A stretch of 56,778 bases of DNA from IMG/VR virus record IMGVR_UViG_3300028840_002119, positions 1-56,778 of that record. One strand, written 5' to 3'. The notes beneath the pieces are model-generated. The model saw only the letters and a program-made list of their open reading frames with translations. It did not search any database and was not told the origin of the DNA. How positions within the stretch are numbered: position 1 is the first letter of the stretch; each line of letters starts with the position of its first letter. The stretch is from a virus (taxonomy: Duplodnaviria > Caudoviricetes). The translations under genes were made by a program, and so were the position numbers. This document shows positions 34,006-44,212 of this stretch, piece after piece.

Positions 34006-37000
34006 TCAACCCGCGACTTGGGTCAGGGTATCGTAGAGTTGCGCTGCGACCTGCTCGCCCGCGATTCTCGCGACGGCCCGCGCATCCAACCCCATGCCAT
34101 CGACCTGCACCGCAACGGGAATGTTCACCCCGCCGCCGCGTGATAGCTTTCCTTGATTGAGTGTGCCCATCACCCCCTCGACCTGGCGCGTTGTCTGCGC
34201 CGACATCACGAATTCACCTTTATGCACCAGGGCCATTCCAGTCTTCGGAATGTAGCCACCGGACTGATAGCTACCGGAGTAGTAAGCGTACTGGTCAAAC
34301 CGCTCTGAACCACTGCCGCCATAGCCGCCATAGCCGCCATAGCCTGAAGGTGTAGGCAGCGAGGCAACGTGTTGTTGCCAGATTGACCGATTCTGCTGAA
34401 GGAAGGCTGTCAAGTCGCCCAACATAGCCGCCTGATAGACGGCCTGCGTGTGTTGCGATTGTGTATAGTAGTTAAGCTCCGCGTTCAGCTTATCGAAATA
34501 CTCAGCCCGCAACCTTTCCATTTCGGCCTCGTGGTCGGCCTTCGCCTGTGCGACGGCGGCGGCGTGCTCCGCGATGCGCTGTTCACGTTCGAGCGCGTAT
34601 TGCTGTGCAAGCTCCGCCATCTTCATGGCGTGTTGCTGTTGGCGTTGCGCCTGTTCGATGGCGAAGTCTTGGCTGGCCTGGTTTTGCTGCGTGGCAAAGT
34701 CTTCCTCTGCCCTGCGCTGCTCCACCGCGAAACGCTGATTTTCCTTGTAGATGCCTGCGGCGTCTCTGGACAAGGACAAATCCCACAAGGTCATGTAGTG
34801 ATCTTCCTCAGCGCGTGCCATCCGCGTGAGATGTTCGTCTGTGGCCCGCTGCTGCTGGCGTTGGAAGTCGGCGGTCATCTGCGCGGTTTCCTCATGGAAT
34901 GACCGCTCTGCCGCGATACGATCTTGCTGATAGTCCGTGGCCATCGACGCGAGATCGGCGGCGAGGTCGCGATTCAAATCGCTGATACGAGTATTGAATT
35001 CTGTCAGTGCCTCTTCCTGACGCATGAGCATATCGGCGTAGATATTGACGGCCCGCTCGATTTGTTCGGGTGAGTAGTTGCGGCCCAAGTCCTGCACTGC
35101 CTGATTGTGATTGTAAATTTCGGACGTGGCGCCAGCCGTGGCTTTCTCCAAGTCCTCAAGCTGCTGCGCTTGAGCGGCTTCAGCATAGACGTTCCGTGTC
35201 AACTGTGCGACAAGGCCCGCCTCAATCGTTTCAAGCTCCGCAACTTTATCGGCTAGTGCTGTTCCTGAGAGACTTCTGAAGCGTCCGGTAACGCCACCGC
35301 CGAATAATTCGCTGAGGCGTGAATCATCGGACTCGATGCCGGCAGTCCCATACCCAAAGATTTGCTTCCAGTAATCGCGGTCAAATAGCAGCGCGCCCTC
35401 TTTTCCTCTTTCCGTGGTTGTGAGTGAGCGAAGCATCTGCAAGTCTGACCGTAATTGCGATAGCTCGTCTTGAAGCTCAGGTGCTTCCAGGTCTGCAAGC
35501 TCTAACAGTCGCGTCTCGCCAGCCTGTACGCCTTCCTTCTCCGTGAACCATCCGGCGAGTCCTTGACCAGTCAAAGTCCGGCTTAAAGTCTCGCCAACGG
35601 CCAGCGCCGTCAGTGCAGTGCCCAGGATGCTCGACACGTTCAACGCGCTTTTCTTCTCGATAGCGGCCTCGTCGGTGGCGCTTTGCTTCTCAATGGTCGC
35701 TTCCTGCCCTGCGGCCTCAAGGACGATGCGCTTAAACTGCTCCGCCGACGACACAACCGTACTCTGGAAACGCTGCTCCGCCGTGGCCCGTTTCGTGAAC
35801 GTGGTCTGTATGCCCTGGAAGACGGTCTGAATTGTCAGGGCCGTCTTCGAGAGTGTGCCAACGGCAGTGATGACAGTGCCGATGACGATGCCACCCGTAG
35901 CCACTCCCAGAACAACCTCAGTCAGCCAGGGGTTAGCTTTCACGGTTGAGACAAGCCCCTCGACAAACTTCGACGCCTTCTCCAAGTAGGGGAGTGCGGC
36001 GTCAAGCCCCTGCTGGCCAACGGTCAACCAGAAGGCTTGCCAGCGCATTTGCGCCTGCTGCACCCGATACACGTCAGACTCTTCCCAATCCTCTACCTGC
36101 GTGCGCCATACTTCGAGCGCGTCACCGGCCAGCCCCGCAGATTCACGTTCGAGAAGATTGACACCCTCAACCCGCGCTTCAGTCTGTTTACGGATAAGGA
36201 CTGTCGCGGCCCGCCTCGCGTTCGTGTCGAAGATGGCGGCTAATGCGGCCTCGCGCTCCTGGTCGTTCATCTTCTCCGTAGCGGCCGCAAGCATGTCGAC
36301 GGCCCGCGCCGTACCGATGTATTGACCTTGTGCGTCGAAGAATGGAGACGACGAACCAAACAAGCGTTGGAAGACGTCTTCGGCTTCCTTGCTATTGGGT
36401 ACGAGAAGGTTTTCCAGCATCCGGCCATAGCTTGTACCCGCCTGTGTGCCTCGAATCCCGTTGTCACCCAGGATGGCAAAGGCCGTTGCCGTCTGCTCGA
36501 TGGATTCACCTGCGCGATCGGCAGTTGGACCTACGTACTTGAAGGCTTCCGCTACGTCGCTGACTTCGGCCAGGGTATCATCACTCACCTTGTTGAAGAT
36601 CGCAACTACCTTCGTCGTATCTTCGAGTTCAAGGCCGTACTGATTGAGTGCGCCCGCTGCCGCGTCTGAAAGTGTAGCGATGTCAGTTTGAGAAAGTGCT
36701 GCGGCCTGTTGGATAGGGACGGTCTGCGCGAGAAGGTCATTAAGCTGTTGTTGGTTTTCGATCTGCTGACCAGTTGCCTGCGCCCACACCGTGATACCAC
36801 GCGCCGTTGTCTCTGGGTCAAGGACGGCCAGCGCCGTCGATTGCTCCACAGTCAACTGCCGCAATTCCTGAGTGAGATCAGCGTTCAACGCGAGAGATCG
36901 GGCGGCGACGTCGGACTGCTTTGCAAACTGAAGGTAGTCTCGGCCTGCAACTGTTACCGCGCCGGTGACGATACCAGCGTTCATCCTGATGCTGTTACCG

Positions 37001-39543
37001 ATGTCCTGCATATCGCGCGAAATCTCGAAAAGCCCTTGACGTGCGCGCCGTGAGTTTTCCAGTTCTTCATTGAAAAGCCGCACCGCGCCAGGTAAACCGC
37101 GATATTCTTCTGAGATGCGCCGCGCATCATCCCAGAGTTGTTGCTGTTGGCCTTCGGCTCGTCGTAGCTGCCTAACGACATCGCCCATCTCTGCGCCTGT
37201 GTCGTTCATCGCGTCTTCGACGACGCGCCACGATACGCCTATGGCCTGAGCACTCGCCTTCGCCTGGTCTTCGAGCTTTGCCCTGGCACGCGCCTGACGG
37301 GTGATGTCGGCCTGTTCAGCCTTCAGCCGTTTGAGTTCACCGACAACGACTTCCAGGCTCGTGCCGCTTTCCTCCATCCCTGCCGCAACGTCGGCCCACT
37401 CAACGCCCAATTCTCCGGCCAGCTTCCTCGCGTCAGCGAGTAGCTTGTTCTGGCGGTCAAGCTCTTTGAGTTCGACGCGGCCTTCGGCAACTTCGAGGGT
37501 AGTCTTGCCGCGCTGCCTGACGTTGGCCCGCGTGACTGCACCCTTCTTCTGCGCCAGCCGGATACGGTTCTGAGTAGACGCCTCATTTGTGACACGCTTT
37601 TCGGCTTCGATCTTCGCCTTCGCCTCAGTCTCCGCGAGGTCTATGAGGATGCGCGCCTTTTCTTCGGCGGCCTGGATTTGCTCTCTGTTCTGGACGTCCG
37701 CATCCTGCCCAACCAAATCCAGCCAGTCATTGATTGCATTAACCATATCAGGAATGACAGAGTTTCCGACCAGCTTATCACTGATCCACTCCCAGAGACG
37801 GAGCAACCCCTTCGCCTCTTGCTCCTGCCCTTCCGTGATGTCTTCTGATAAAGACGCGCGCATCATATTGACGAAAATTTCAGTCTGCTGCGCCATCTCT
37901 GTGAGTTGGGCCTTATGTGCTTCGTTGGCGGCACGCAACGGTTCGATTGTAATCGCGGAAAGACCGGCAATCTCGCGTTGTAGACGGCCGTACACTTCCT
38001 TGTCAATTTCTGCGGCCTCTTCCAGTCCAACTCGGGCAGGTGTACGCTTACGAATCTCTCGCTGTGCCGACTTCTCCAACCTCGCTGCCGCGTAGCGTTG
38101 GGCTTCGTCCAGCCCCCGCGCCGCGTAGGTGGCGATGTCGATCTGCTTCACCCACTTTTGCAGTCCCAGACGTTGATCGTCGAAGGCTTTCGTCGCAATG
38201 TCGGCCTGTTCACCCAGCGCCTTCTCTACCGTGACGAAATCGACCAGCGTGCCCTTCGCCCCTTTGGGCAATTCCGTAGTCGTGCCTTCCTGTAGCTTCT
38301 TGACCAGTGTGGCCCTGCGCCGTTCTTCTTCCGCGATGCCATCGTTCACCGCTTGCAGGTCTTTGATGGCCTTCGCTGCGGCTTCCTGCCCATCCTGTTC
38401 AAGTCGAGTGATAAGCTCGTCGCGGTCCATAGTGAACTCGCGATAGAACGTCAACTCTTCGGCTTTTCCTGCCTCTAGTGCGCGGATACGAAGATCGAGT
38501 TGTGCCTTCAGCTCGTCAACGTCTCCCGTTTCCAGATTGCGCTTCGCTTCCCTGAAACGCCTCTCCGTCTCGAAGACTTCGGCCCGCGCCGTTTCGACGC
38601 GCCCAACCCACTCGCGGACGTCCTCAGTCGGCTCGTAAAGTTGCAACTCCGAAATCTCGCCATACACACGCGCCATAGACTGTTCGATCTTTGGCGCAGT
38701 TTCCGCAGTCGCGTCAACCAGTTGCGCCTCTAACTTCTGGTACTCAGCTACCAGCGTGTCGGCGGCTCTGTCCCATTCTCCGATAGCCTGAGAAGTGGAT
38801 GGTACGAGGGACGACATCTGCGGCTGATCTGCAAGCGCCGCGTCCATACGCTCCCTAGCTTGAAGGGCCGCTTGTTCGAGATCGGGCAAAACTGCCGCAG
38901 CTTCCTTCTTCGCAATGGCCTCGCGCCGCTTTATCTCCGCGATAAGATTGACCTGGCGGCCCTCTACCTCTATCTCTGTGGCGCGTATTTCCTGGTCGAT
39001 CTGTTTGCGGACGCGGGTGATGTACCCTTTGTACCCTGACTCCCAACCTTTCGCGAGACGCTGAAGCGGAACACCAATACCGCCAGCCAGTGGCGTGACT
39101 TTCGTTTGAAGGATGCGCGCCCGCGTGTTCTGTAGCTCGTTTAGGGAGGCTGTTACCTTCTCAATTTCGCTGATAGCCTTCAGCGCCTTGCTGCCCTTTG
39201 CTGATAGCAACTTCTCGACGTCTTCGGACAAGGGCATGTCCAGGTCCGTGAGATCATCGGACGCCCTCACGATGCCGCCAATCTCCGAGCGGAGATTCGA
39301 CATCAAATCCGTGGCGCGTTGGAATTGATCGCTCAACCCTTTCGCCATCGCCCTGCCGAGGCTTCCAGCATCGCTGCGTAGCTTCGCCATCATCGCGGAT
39401 GTCTGTTCGAGGCCCGCGATGTCTATCTCACCCCTGATAGTGATGGCAGACAACTGATCTTCGATTGCAACGCGGACTTTACCGGCGTCCTTCTCCGCGT
39501 CTTTACCGTCTACTCTGATTACGATCTTGAATTCATTTGCCAT
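34006..39543 (-). CDS. Tail tape measure protein (TP901-like core)
   Basis: 1845-aa helical protein; AEAFKYVGP...AILGDNGIRGTQAGTS motif; C-terminal YQSGGYIPKTGMALVHKGEFV. Confidence 0.93.
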   Translation of the reverse strand: MANEFKIVIRVDGKDAEKDAGKVRVAIEDQLSAITIRGEIDIAGLEQTSAMMAKLRSDAGSLGRAMAKGLSDQFQRATDLMSNLRSEIGGIVRASDDLTDLDMPLSEDVEKLLSAKGSKALKAISEIEKVTASLNELQNTRARILQTKVTPLAGGIGVPLQRLAKGWESGYKGYITRVRKQIDQEIRATEIEVEGRQVNLIAEIKRREAIAKKEAAAVLPDLEQAALQARERMDAALADQPQMSSLVPSTSQAIGEWDRAADTLVAEYQKLEAQLVDATAETAPKIEQSMARVYGEISELQLYEPTEDVREWVGRVETARAEVFETERRFREAKRNLETGDVDELKAQLDLRIRALEAGKAEELTFYREFTMDRDELITRLEQDGQEAAAKAIKDLQAVNDGIAEEERRRATLVKKLQEGTTTELPKGAKGTLVDFVTVEKALGEQADIATKAFDDQRLGLQKWVKQIDIATYAARGLDEAQRYAAARLEKSAQREIRKRTPARVGLEEAAEIDKEVYGRLQREIAGLSAITIEPLRAANEAHKAQLTEMAQQTEIFVNMMRASLSEDITEGQEQEAKGLLRLWEWISDKLVGNSVIPDMVNAINDWLDLVGQDADVQNREQIQAAEEKARILIDLAETEAKAKIEAEKRVTNEASTQNRIRLAQKKGAVTRANVRQRGKTTLEVAEGRVELKELDRQNKLLADARKLAGELGVEWADVAAGMEESGTSLEVVVGELKRLKAEQADITRQARARAKLEDQAKASAQAIGVSWRVVEDAMNDTGAEMGDVVRQLRRAEGQQQQLWDDARRISEEYRGLPGAVRLFNEELENSRRARQGLFEISRDMQDIGNSIRMNAGIVTGAVTVAGRDYLQFAKQSDVAARSLALNADLTQELRQLTVEQSTALAVLDPETTARGITVWAQATGQQIENQQQLNDLLAQTVPIQQAAALSQTDIATLSDAAAGALNQYGLELEDTTKVVAIFNKVSDDTLAEVSDVAEAFKYVGPTADRAGESIEQTATAFAILGDNGIRGTQAGTSYGRMLENLLVPNSKEAEDVFQRLFGSSSPFFDAQGQYIGTARAVDMLAAATEKMNDQEREAALAAIFDTNARRAATVLIRKQTEARVEGVNLLERESAGLAGDALEVWRTQVEDWEESDVYRVQQAQMRWQAFWLTVGQQGLDAALPYLEKASKFVEGLVSTVKANPWLTEVVLGVATGGIVIGTVITAVGTLSKTALTIQTVFQGIQTTFTKRATAEQRFQSTVVSSAEQFKRIVLEAAGQEATIEKQSATDEAAIEKKSALNVSSILGTALTALAVGETLSRTLTGQGLAGWFTEKEGVQAGETRLLELADLEAPELQDELSQLRSDLQMLRSLTTTERGKEGALLFDRDYWKQIFGYGTAGIESDDSRLSELFGGGVTGRFRSLSGTALADKVAELETIEAGLVAQLTRNVYAEAAQAQQLEDLEKATAGATSEIYNHNQAVQDLGRNYSPEQIERAVNIYADMLMRQEEALTEFNTRISDLNRDLAADLASMATDYQQDRIAAERSFHEETAQMTADFQRQQQRATDEHLTRMARAEEDHYMTLWDLSLSRDAAGIYKENQRFAVEQRRAEEDFATQQNQASQDFAIEQAQRQQQHAMKMAELAQQYALEREQRIAEHAAAVAQAKADHEAEMERLRAEYFDKLNAELNYYTQSQHTQAVYQAAMLGDLTAFLQQNRSIWQQHVASLPTPSGYGGYGGYGGSGSERFDQYAYYSGSYQSGGYIPKTGMALVHKGEFVMSAQTTRQVEGVMGTLNQGKLSRGGGVNIPVAVQVDGMGLDARAVARIAGEQVAAQLYDTLTQVAG

Positions 39544-39560
39544 TTGTGTTAGCCTGTAGT

Positions 39561-39576
39561 TATTACCCAGGAAATA
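39561..39576. promoter_or_regulatory. Noc/parS-like site (one mismatch)
   Basis: TATTACCCAGGAAATA between divergent start codons. Confidence 0.6.
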
Positions 39577-39593
39577 CTTCGAGGGAGAGGACT

Positions 39594-39800
39594 ATGCCAA
39601 AGAAACAACCTTTGAAACCTGTCATCGTTGGGATCTGCATCGGCTTCGCGATCGGCCTGATTGCATCGATCATCCTGGGCGGTCAGTATGACGTCTTCGG
39701 GACAGTCTGTTGGTCAGCCGTCCTTGTGCCACTGTGTTCTTTCGGTGGCGGCTTTGTCGGTGAGTACATCCGCTACAAGAGGCGCGTGAGACGGTCCTAG
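39594..39800 (+). CDS. Small two-TM protein on the opposite strand within the tail operon (moron-like)
   Basis: GGAGAGG SD; MPKKQP start followed by two hydrophobic helices. Confidence 0.7.
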   Translation: MPKKQPLKPVIVGICIGFAIGLIASIILGGQYDVFGTVCWSAVLVPLCSFGGGFVGEYIRYKRRVRRS

Positions 39801-40348
39801 TCTTCAAGCGCCTCTAGCCGCTTCATAAAGATACCCTCAGTTTGTCGCTGAAGCTGCCGCATTGCCGCGCCGCTTAGTCCGATAAATGGCCGCGCCGGAA
39901 TTTCGCGCCCTTCGTCAGTGCGCCCGCCAGCGTGCAGGTTGGCTATCCGGCCTGGAGTTTTGGGGTCATCGACTGCACCAAGCTCAATGACGGTCAGGCT
40001 TTCGTCTGTGGTGATGTCAGTCACGTTGCGCGGGTGCGTGGGGTCAGTGAAGGAATCGCGAAGATCGTCGGTGCGTCTCAAGATAGGATGCTCTGCACCC
40101 ACATTGAAGGGGATACCACGACTGTCGATACCGGACTCGCGTTCGCGTTGGGTCATCGGTGCCAGAGGATGCCAGGGCACACCAGCGGGGCTTTGCTCGC
40201 GTCGAAAGTTGTCGAAGATGCCGGCCCGCGCCGTCTTTGCGAGGCTGGCGATCTGTCTGCCACTGAGATGCGCAATCGCGGCGAGGTCGGCCCATAGCTC
40301 TTTCCAGGCCCGACTTCTCCGCAACCGTCCACGAATCAAAAGCTCCAA
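39797..40348 (-). CDS. Virion morphogenesis / tail completion protein (Mu gpG-like)
   Basis: NFRREQSPAGVPWHPLAP.T, ILRRTDDLRDS, IPARPFIGLS. Confidence 0.85.
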   Translation of the reverse strand: MELLIRGRLRRSRAWKELWADLAAIAHLSGRQIASLAKTARAGIFDNFRREQSPAGVPWHPLAPMTQRERESGIDSRGIPFNVGAEHPILRRTDDLRDSFTDPTHPRNVTDITTDESLTVIELGAVDDPKTPGRIANLHAGGRTDEGREIPARPFIGLSGAAMRQLQRQTEGIFMKRLEALED

Positions 40349-40401
40349 AGCGATTTACTCCTATACGAAAACAGCGAAGGGCATATCACGGCCCTTCGCC
40401 G

Positions 40402-40677
40402 TCAATCGAGGTCAAGCGCGTGACGCACCAGCCGATTTTGCCACTCTATGATGCGGAAGTCATGTATTACCCATTCCGGCCAATCCACTAACCCCCCTTC
40501 AAAAAGTGGGACGCGATCACCGAGGGAGCGCCATAGCTTCCAAAGCTCCAGCGATAACTCAGGTTTTATCAGCTCCCATTCGCCATCGTCTTCAAGATTG
40601 CTCGCGTCCTTGCTCTCTTCAAGCGCCTGGTTGTAGGCGATTAGTCGCTGCCTTAGTTGTCGCTGTCTGCTTTTTTT
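40402..40677 (-). CDS. -1 frameshift extension of the tail assembly chaperone (gpGT-like)
   Basis: After GGA AAA AAA the -1 frame is open for about 90 codons (…PLFEGGLVDWPEW…) to TGA at 40402, with no start of its own. Confidence 0.75.
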   Translation of the reverse strand, partial: KKSRQRQLRQRLIAYNQALEESKDASNLEDDGEWELIKPELSLELWKLWRSLGDRVPLFEGGLVDWPEWVIHDFRIIEWQNRLVRHALDLD

Positions 40678-41123
40678 CCTTTGGCGTCATCCTCCGGCTT
40701 TGGCTCTTCTGGGCGCACGAACGGATACCAGTGCGGATTGAGTTCGTAGACAACGTTCTGCCATACGTCCGTCAACTGCTCAGGCAAGAGCATGAACGTC
40801 TCGACGTCCATCTCTGTATCAATGCCTTCGGCCTCGACTACGACGGCGAGAAGATCGGAGTATAAGAACCGCGCCATCATCCGCGCCGCGACGATGCGGA
40901 CCGAGACGGGCGCTACCTCTGCGGGAGCGTCGTCTGTAGCTTCATCGTCTGCGCCTTCGATGCGTGGAACCCCGTCAAGTGTGGTCAGCGATTGGATGTA
41001 CTCTTCGGCCCGATTTTGCAACAAGGCCCGCACCATACCATCCATCGCCGTGGCAGTCCGTACAACTATCCGCACGTCCAGCCCGTTTTCCTCATCCCTG
41101 TATGTCACCTCGCGTGTTGGCAT
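40653..41123 (-). CDS. Tail assembly chaperone (gpG-like)
   Basis: Follows the tail tube gene; A7 slippery run at 40671-40677. Confidence 0.8.
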   Translation of the reverse strand: MPTREVTYRDEENGLDVRIVVRTATAMDGMVRALLQNRAEEYIQSLTTLDGVPRIEGADDEATDDAPAEVAPVSVRIVAARMMARFLYSDLLAVVVEAEGIDTEMDVETFMLLPEQLTDVWQNVVYELNPHWYPFVRPEEPKPEDDAKGKKADSDN

Positions 41124-41969
41124 TTAGCACCCCTCAGCCGTTGGGTAGAAGCAGTACACGAGATCGTCAGAAGCAGGAGCAGCCGCAAACGTTACGGTTG
41201 TGGTTGTGATCGTCACCGTCGCCGTGACGTCAGTCACTACGCCAGTTGCATCGACCTTGTGATAGACCTTTACCTTCGTGTCGTCGGTGGCGGCAGGGGA
41301 GAGATTGAAGACAGTCTCCACTCCATCACCGAGATAGCCGGTCAGCATCGGAGCGCCATCGAGGAAACCTTCGAGGGTAGTCGCTTCCTCGAAGCCCTCA
41401 GTGCCAGCCGCAAACGCGATACCCCACGGATACTTGGACACCTTCTGTGGGGTCGCCGTGTAGCGTGCCTCGCCAGCGTTACCTTCTTCCATCGGCCCGG
41501 AATACGGACGTACCTGCGCTACCGGAATGAGGAAGAAGTGCCACACAGTGCCGCCGTAGCTCGCGCTTGTGGGGTCTTTGTCGATGGCTTGCTGATACCC
41601 CATCAGTAGCACATCGGCCAAACAGCCATCCTTGTCAGTCTCGCGGCCCATGATCGTGCCGCCAGCGATGCTTACCACGTTGATGCCCTGTAAGATCGCG
41701 TCGATGTCCATATTGGCAGCGCCGGTGCGAATCTCGACACTTGACAATTCTGTAGGCGGCAAGTTCAACTGCCCTTGCGAGACGTCATCGCCTGTGAACT
41801 GAATCACCTGGCCGTCTGGGAAGTTCGGCGTGAACGCCTTTGCCAACCGCATCCGCGTAAGCGTCGTGGGGTCTTGGCTGGCCGCCGAAACCAGCGGGAA
41901 GTTTTCGTCATCGAGCGGGAAGACACCTACATACCGTAGGCCGCCACCCGCACCCTGTCCTGAAGCCAT
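41124..41969 (-). CDS. Major tail tube protein
   Basis: Size, position and beta-rich acidic composition. Confidence 0.75.
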   Translation of the reverse strand: MASGQGAGGGLRYVGVFPLDDENFPLVSAASQDPTTLTRMRLAKAFTPNFPDGQVIQFTGDDVSQGQLNLPPTELSSVEIRTGAANMDIDAILQGINVVSIAGGTIMGRETDKDGCLADVLLMGYQQAIDKDPTSASYGGTVWHFFLIPVAQVRPYSGPMEEGNAGEARYTATPQKVSKYPWGIAFAAGTEGFEEATTLEGFLDGAPMLTGYLGDGVETVFNLSPAATDDTKVKVYHKVDATGVVTDVTATVTITTTTVTFAAAPASDDLVYCFYPTAEGC

Positions 41970-41980
41970 AATCGAACCTC

Positions 41981-42442
41981 CTAAGAGTAGTAGTCGTTTT
42001 CAGTGACCAGCGGACCGTCGAAGTCCACCCGTTCAAAGTCAACATCAAATTGCGTAGAGACGATGTGACCAGTGCGGCCTCCATAATGCACCGCGATGAT
42101 CTGAGCATCCCTTGCAAGCATCACGGGGCAATTCACCAGCGCCAGGATGACGGCCTCGCGTACCTCGCGGATATTGACATACCCGTAGCGATCATACACG
42201 AACACGCCACACGAAGCCTCAAGCCCTTGCTCTCCAAAGTCCTGCACGATGATAGCCAGCACCTTTTGAGTGTCGCCCGCTTCCCTGCGAGTTTCCTGCG
42301 CCTCAGAGATCAGCGTAGCGATACTAACCGGCTCACGCGCTTCGAGTATCATCGCCGCGCCATCGACGACGAGATCAGTCACCGCCGTCGTGTTGCGCAG
42401 CTTGTCCAGCGCCCATGCGCCAAGATCGGCAAAGACCGCCAT
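41981..42442 (-). CDS. Tail terminator-like protein
   Basis: Position before the tube gene. Confidence 0.6.
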   Translation of the reverse strand: MAVFADLGAWALDKLRNTTAVTDLVVDGAAMILEAREPVSIATLISEAQETRREAGDTQKVLAIIVQDFGEQGLEASCGVFVYDRYGYVNIREVREAVILALVNCPVMLARDAQIIAVHYGGRTGHIVSTQFDVDFERVDFDGPLVTENDYYS

Positions 42443-42921
42443 TACGCCTCAGTCGTCCGCAATTTGTAAAGCGCCGCCTTGATCGTCTCCAGACGTTTCA
42501 CCCCAATACCGTCGATGGCTAGGAGATCATCGTCTGACATCGCCTCAACTTCCTCAACCGTCTCTGCCTCAGCCGCTAGAACCTGGAACGCGCTATAGGG
42601 CAAGAAGTCTTCGAGCGCCGTGATCGGCGTTGCGTCCGGAACTTCGACGGCGGCGGTCGCCTCGACGTCCGGTATTTCCTGGGAAATACTGTCGGCTTTT
42701 GGAAGTGGAAGACAGACAATCGCGTAGCGGTTGAAAGGACGTCGCTGCACACACTTGACCGTTCCGATAAGTTCGCCATCTTCGAGGATGTTAGCCCCTA
42801 TCGGTGCAGCCGGTGGACGCGGCATCCTGATAGTCACGAAGGCGTCTAGCTCCACGGAATGAGGCTGAAAACGCATCTGTACGTGACCGTTCTGAACTAT
42901 AGCAATTTCGCCCATATTCAC
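42442..42921 (-). CDS. Protein with C-terminal helix-hairpin-helix
   Basis: SDDDLLAIDGIGVKRLETI; contains exact palindrome copy at 42673-42688. Confidence 0.7.
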   Translation of the reverse strand: MNMGEIAIVQNGHVQMRFQPHSVELDAFVTIRMPRPPAAPIGANILEDGELIGTVKCVQRRPFNRYAIVCLPLPKADSISQEIPDVEATAAVEVPDATPITALEDFLPYSAFQVLAAEAETVEEVEAMSDDDLLAIDGIGVKRLETIKAALYKLRTTEA

Positions 42922-42922
42922 C

Positions 42923-43282
42923 TCACACTATTTTCTGAAGGATGGCCTGCGTACCACTTGCTAGATGATCGACGGCAAAGACGCGCCAGCGATCACTATC
43001 GGCCCACACTTCATCCTGGCTGACAACATCAGCGCCGCGAGGGACTTGCATCACGAAGACTTGTGCCGCGCTATCTCCTAGCGCCGTCCGGCGTTCGCGT
43101 CCCAGAGAAGACGCGCTTACCGGAGCAATGCGCGTAGAGAATGACGCGACCGGCGTCTCGCTTCCACGGCGACCACGGAAGACGCGGACATGCATGAACG
43201 TGTCCTCGCGGATCGTGGTTTGTGGCCGCCTGAAGGTACGCGCCGTCAGTCTGCCATTACTGCGATGCGTCATGCCACACAA
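42923..43282 (-). CDS. Head closure-like protein
   Basis: Position; ADVVSQDEV...WRVFAV pattern. Confidence 0.6.
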   Translation of the reverse strand: MCGMTHRSNGRLTARTFRRPQTTIREDTFMHVRVFRGRRGSETPVASFSTRIAPVSASSLGRERRTALGDSAAQVFVMQVPRGADVVSQDEVWADSDRWRVFAVDHLASGTQAILQKIV

Positions 43283-43830
43283 TCCTCATCGCGTTCGAGG
43301 AAGGGTGCCATCAACGCTTTGCGGCAATCCGTGTCGGCCTTGACCAGCGAAACCACACCACCGGCGTTGCGCTGCACAAGATCGTCAAGTAGTTTTTGGA
43401 GCGCATCGCGAGATGCGGACCTGTCAACACTCTCCTGACCGAAGGTGTATTTGATGAATCTGTCAGTGTCGGCCAGCAGCCAGCGGATGGCCTGTATCGC
43501 GGCCTGCGTCAAGGTCAAGCCTTGATCTACCAGCAAATCGTTTAGCTCGTCATCGCTGAAGACCGTCCACGAATAGGATGCGCCGATTGGCGCGTCCAGT
43601 GCTGGCGCGGCGTTGAAGGTCAAAAGGCCCGTTGCGTCGTCTAGGGTGTAATCCGTGTTGGGCACAACAACACCCGACACAGTGACTACCTCAGACGATG
43701 CGACGATTGGCACCATCTCCAGCACGAAGACCGTCTGCACCGCGTCACCGACACCGATGCGCTCGTCATAAACGAGCTTCGGCCTGTCGGCAATCAGCAG
43801 GCGCAAACGCTCCAAGTCCGTCAGTGCCAT
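43270..43830 (-). CDS. Head-tail adaptor
   Basis: LERLRLLIAD...FSDDEL motif with an inserted beta domain. Confidence 0.7.
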   Translation of the reverse strand: MALTDLERLRLLIADRPKLVYDERIGVGDAVQTVFVLEMVPIVASSEVVTVSGVVVPNTDYTLDDATGLLTFNAAPALDAPIGASYSWTVFSDDELNDLLVDQGLTLTQAAIQAIRWLLADTDRFIKYTFGQESVDRSASRDALQKLLDDLVQRNAGGVVSLVKADTDCRKALMAPFLERDEDCVA

Positions 43831-43835
43831 CGCCT

Positions 43836-44210
43836 CTACCTGGCGGTTGTCGGTGTACCGATGCCCGTGGGCAACCTGCGCCGCATCATAATCCGGCCCG
43901 CGCGCGAGTTGGGATCAACTGGCACTTGCGTTCTCTCCGGCAGACGTTCGGTAAGCGACTCTTCCTCTGTTAGTTCGTGGGATCTGCCGCACCGTTCACG
44001 TTGCCACACCTCGGAGAACCTCGCGCCGCACTCGCCACATCGCGGGAACTTCTTCAGCGCCTCGCTGTCAGGTTGTGGGTCAATCGCCGCAACGATACCA
44101 TGCTTTAGCAGCAAGCCATCGTTCATCAGTCCGCGCAACTGGAAGACCTGACCATCCTTTACCTTCAAGTCCTCGGTGTAGGTGAAGTCTCTTGTAGCCC
44201 TGACGTACAT
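43836..44210 (-). CDS. Small protein with Zn-finger-like motif after the capsid gene
   Basis: CGECG...CGRSH. Confidence 0.6.
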   Translation of the reverse strand: MYVRATRDFTYTEDLKVKDGQVFQLRGLMNDGLLLKHGIVAAIDPQPDSEALKKFPRCGECGARFSEVWQRERCGRSHELTEEESLTERLPERTQVPVDPNSRAGRIMMRRRLPTGIGTPTTAR

Positions 44211-44212
44211 CG

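Noticed and set aside
34315-34345. GCCGCCATA triple repeat
   Set aside because: Encodes a GYGGYGGYGG linker in the tape measure protein.
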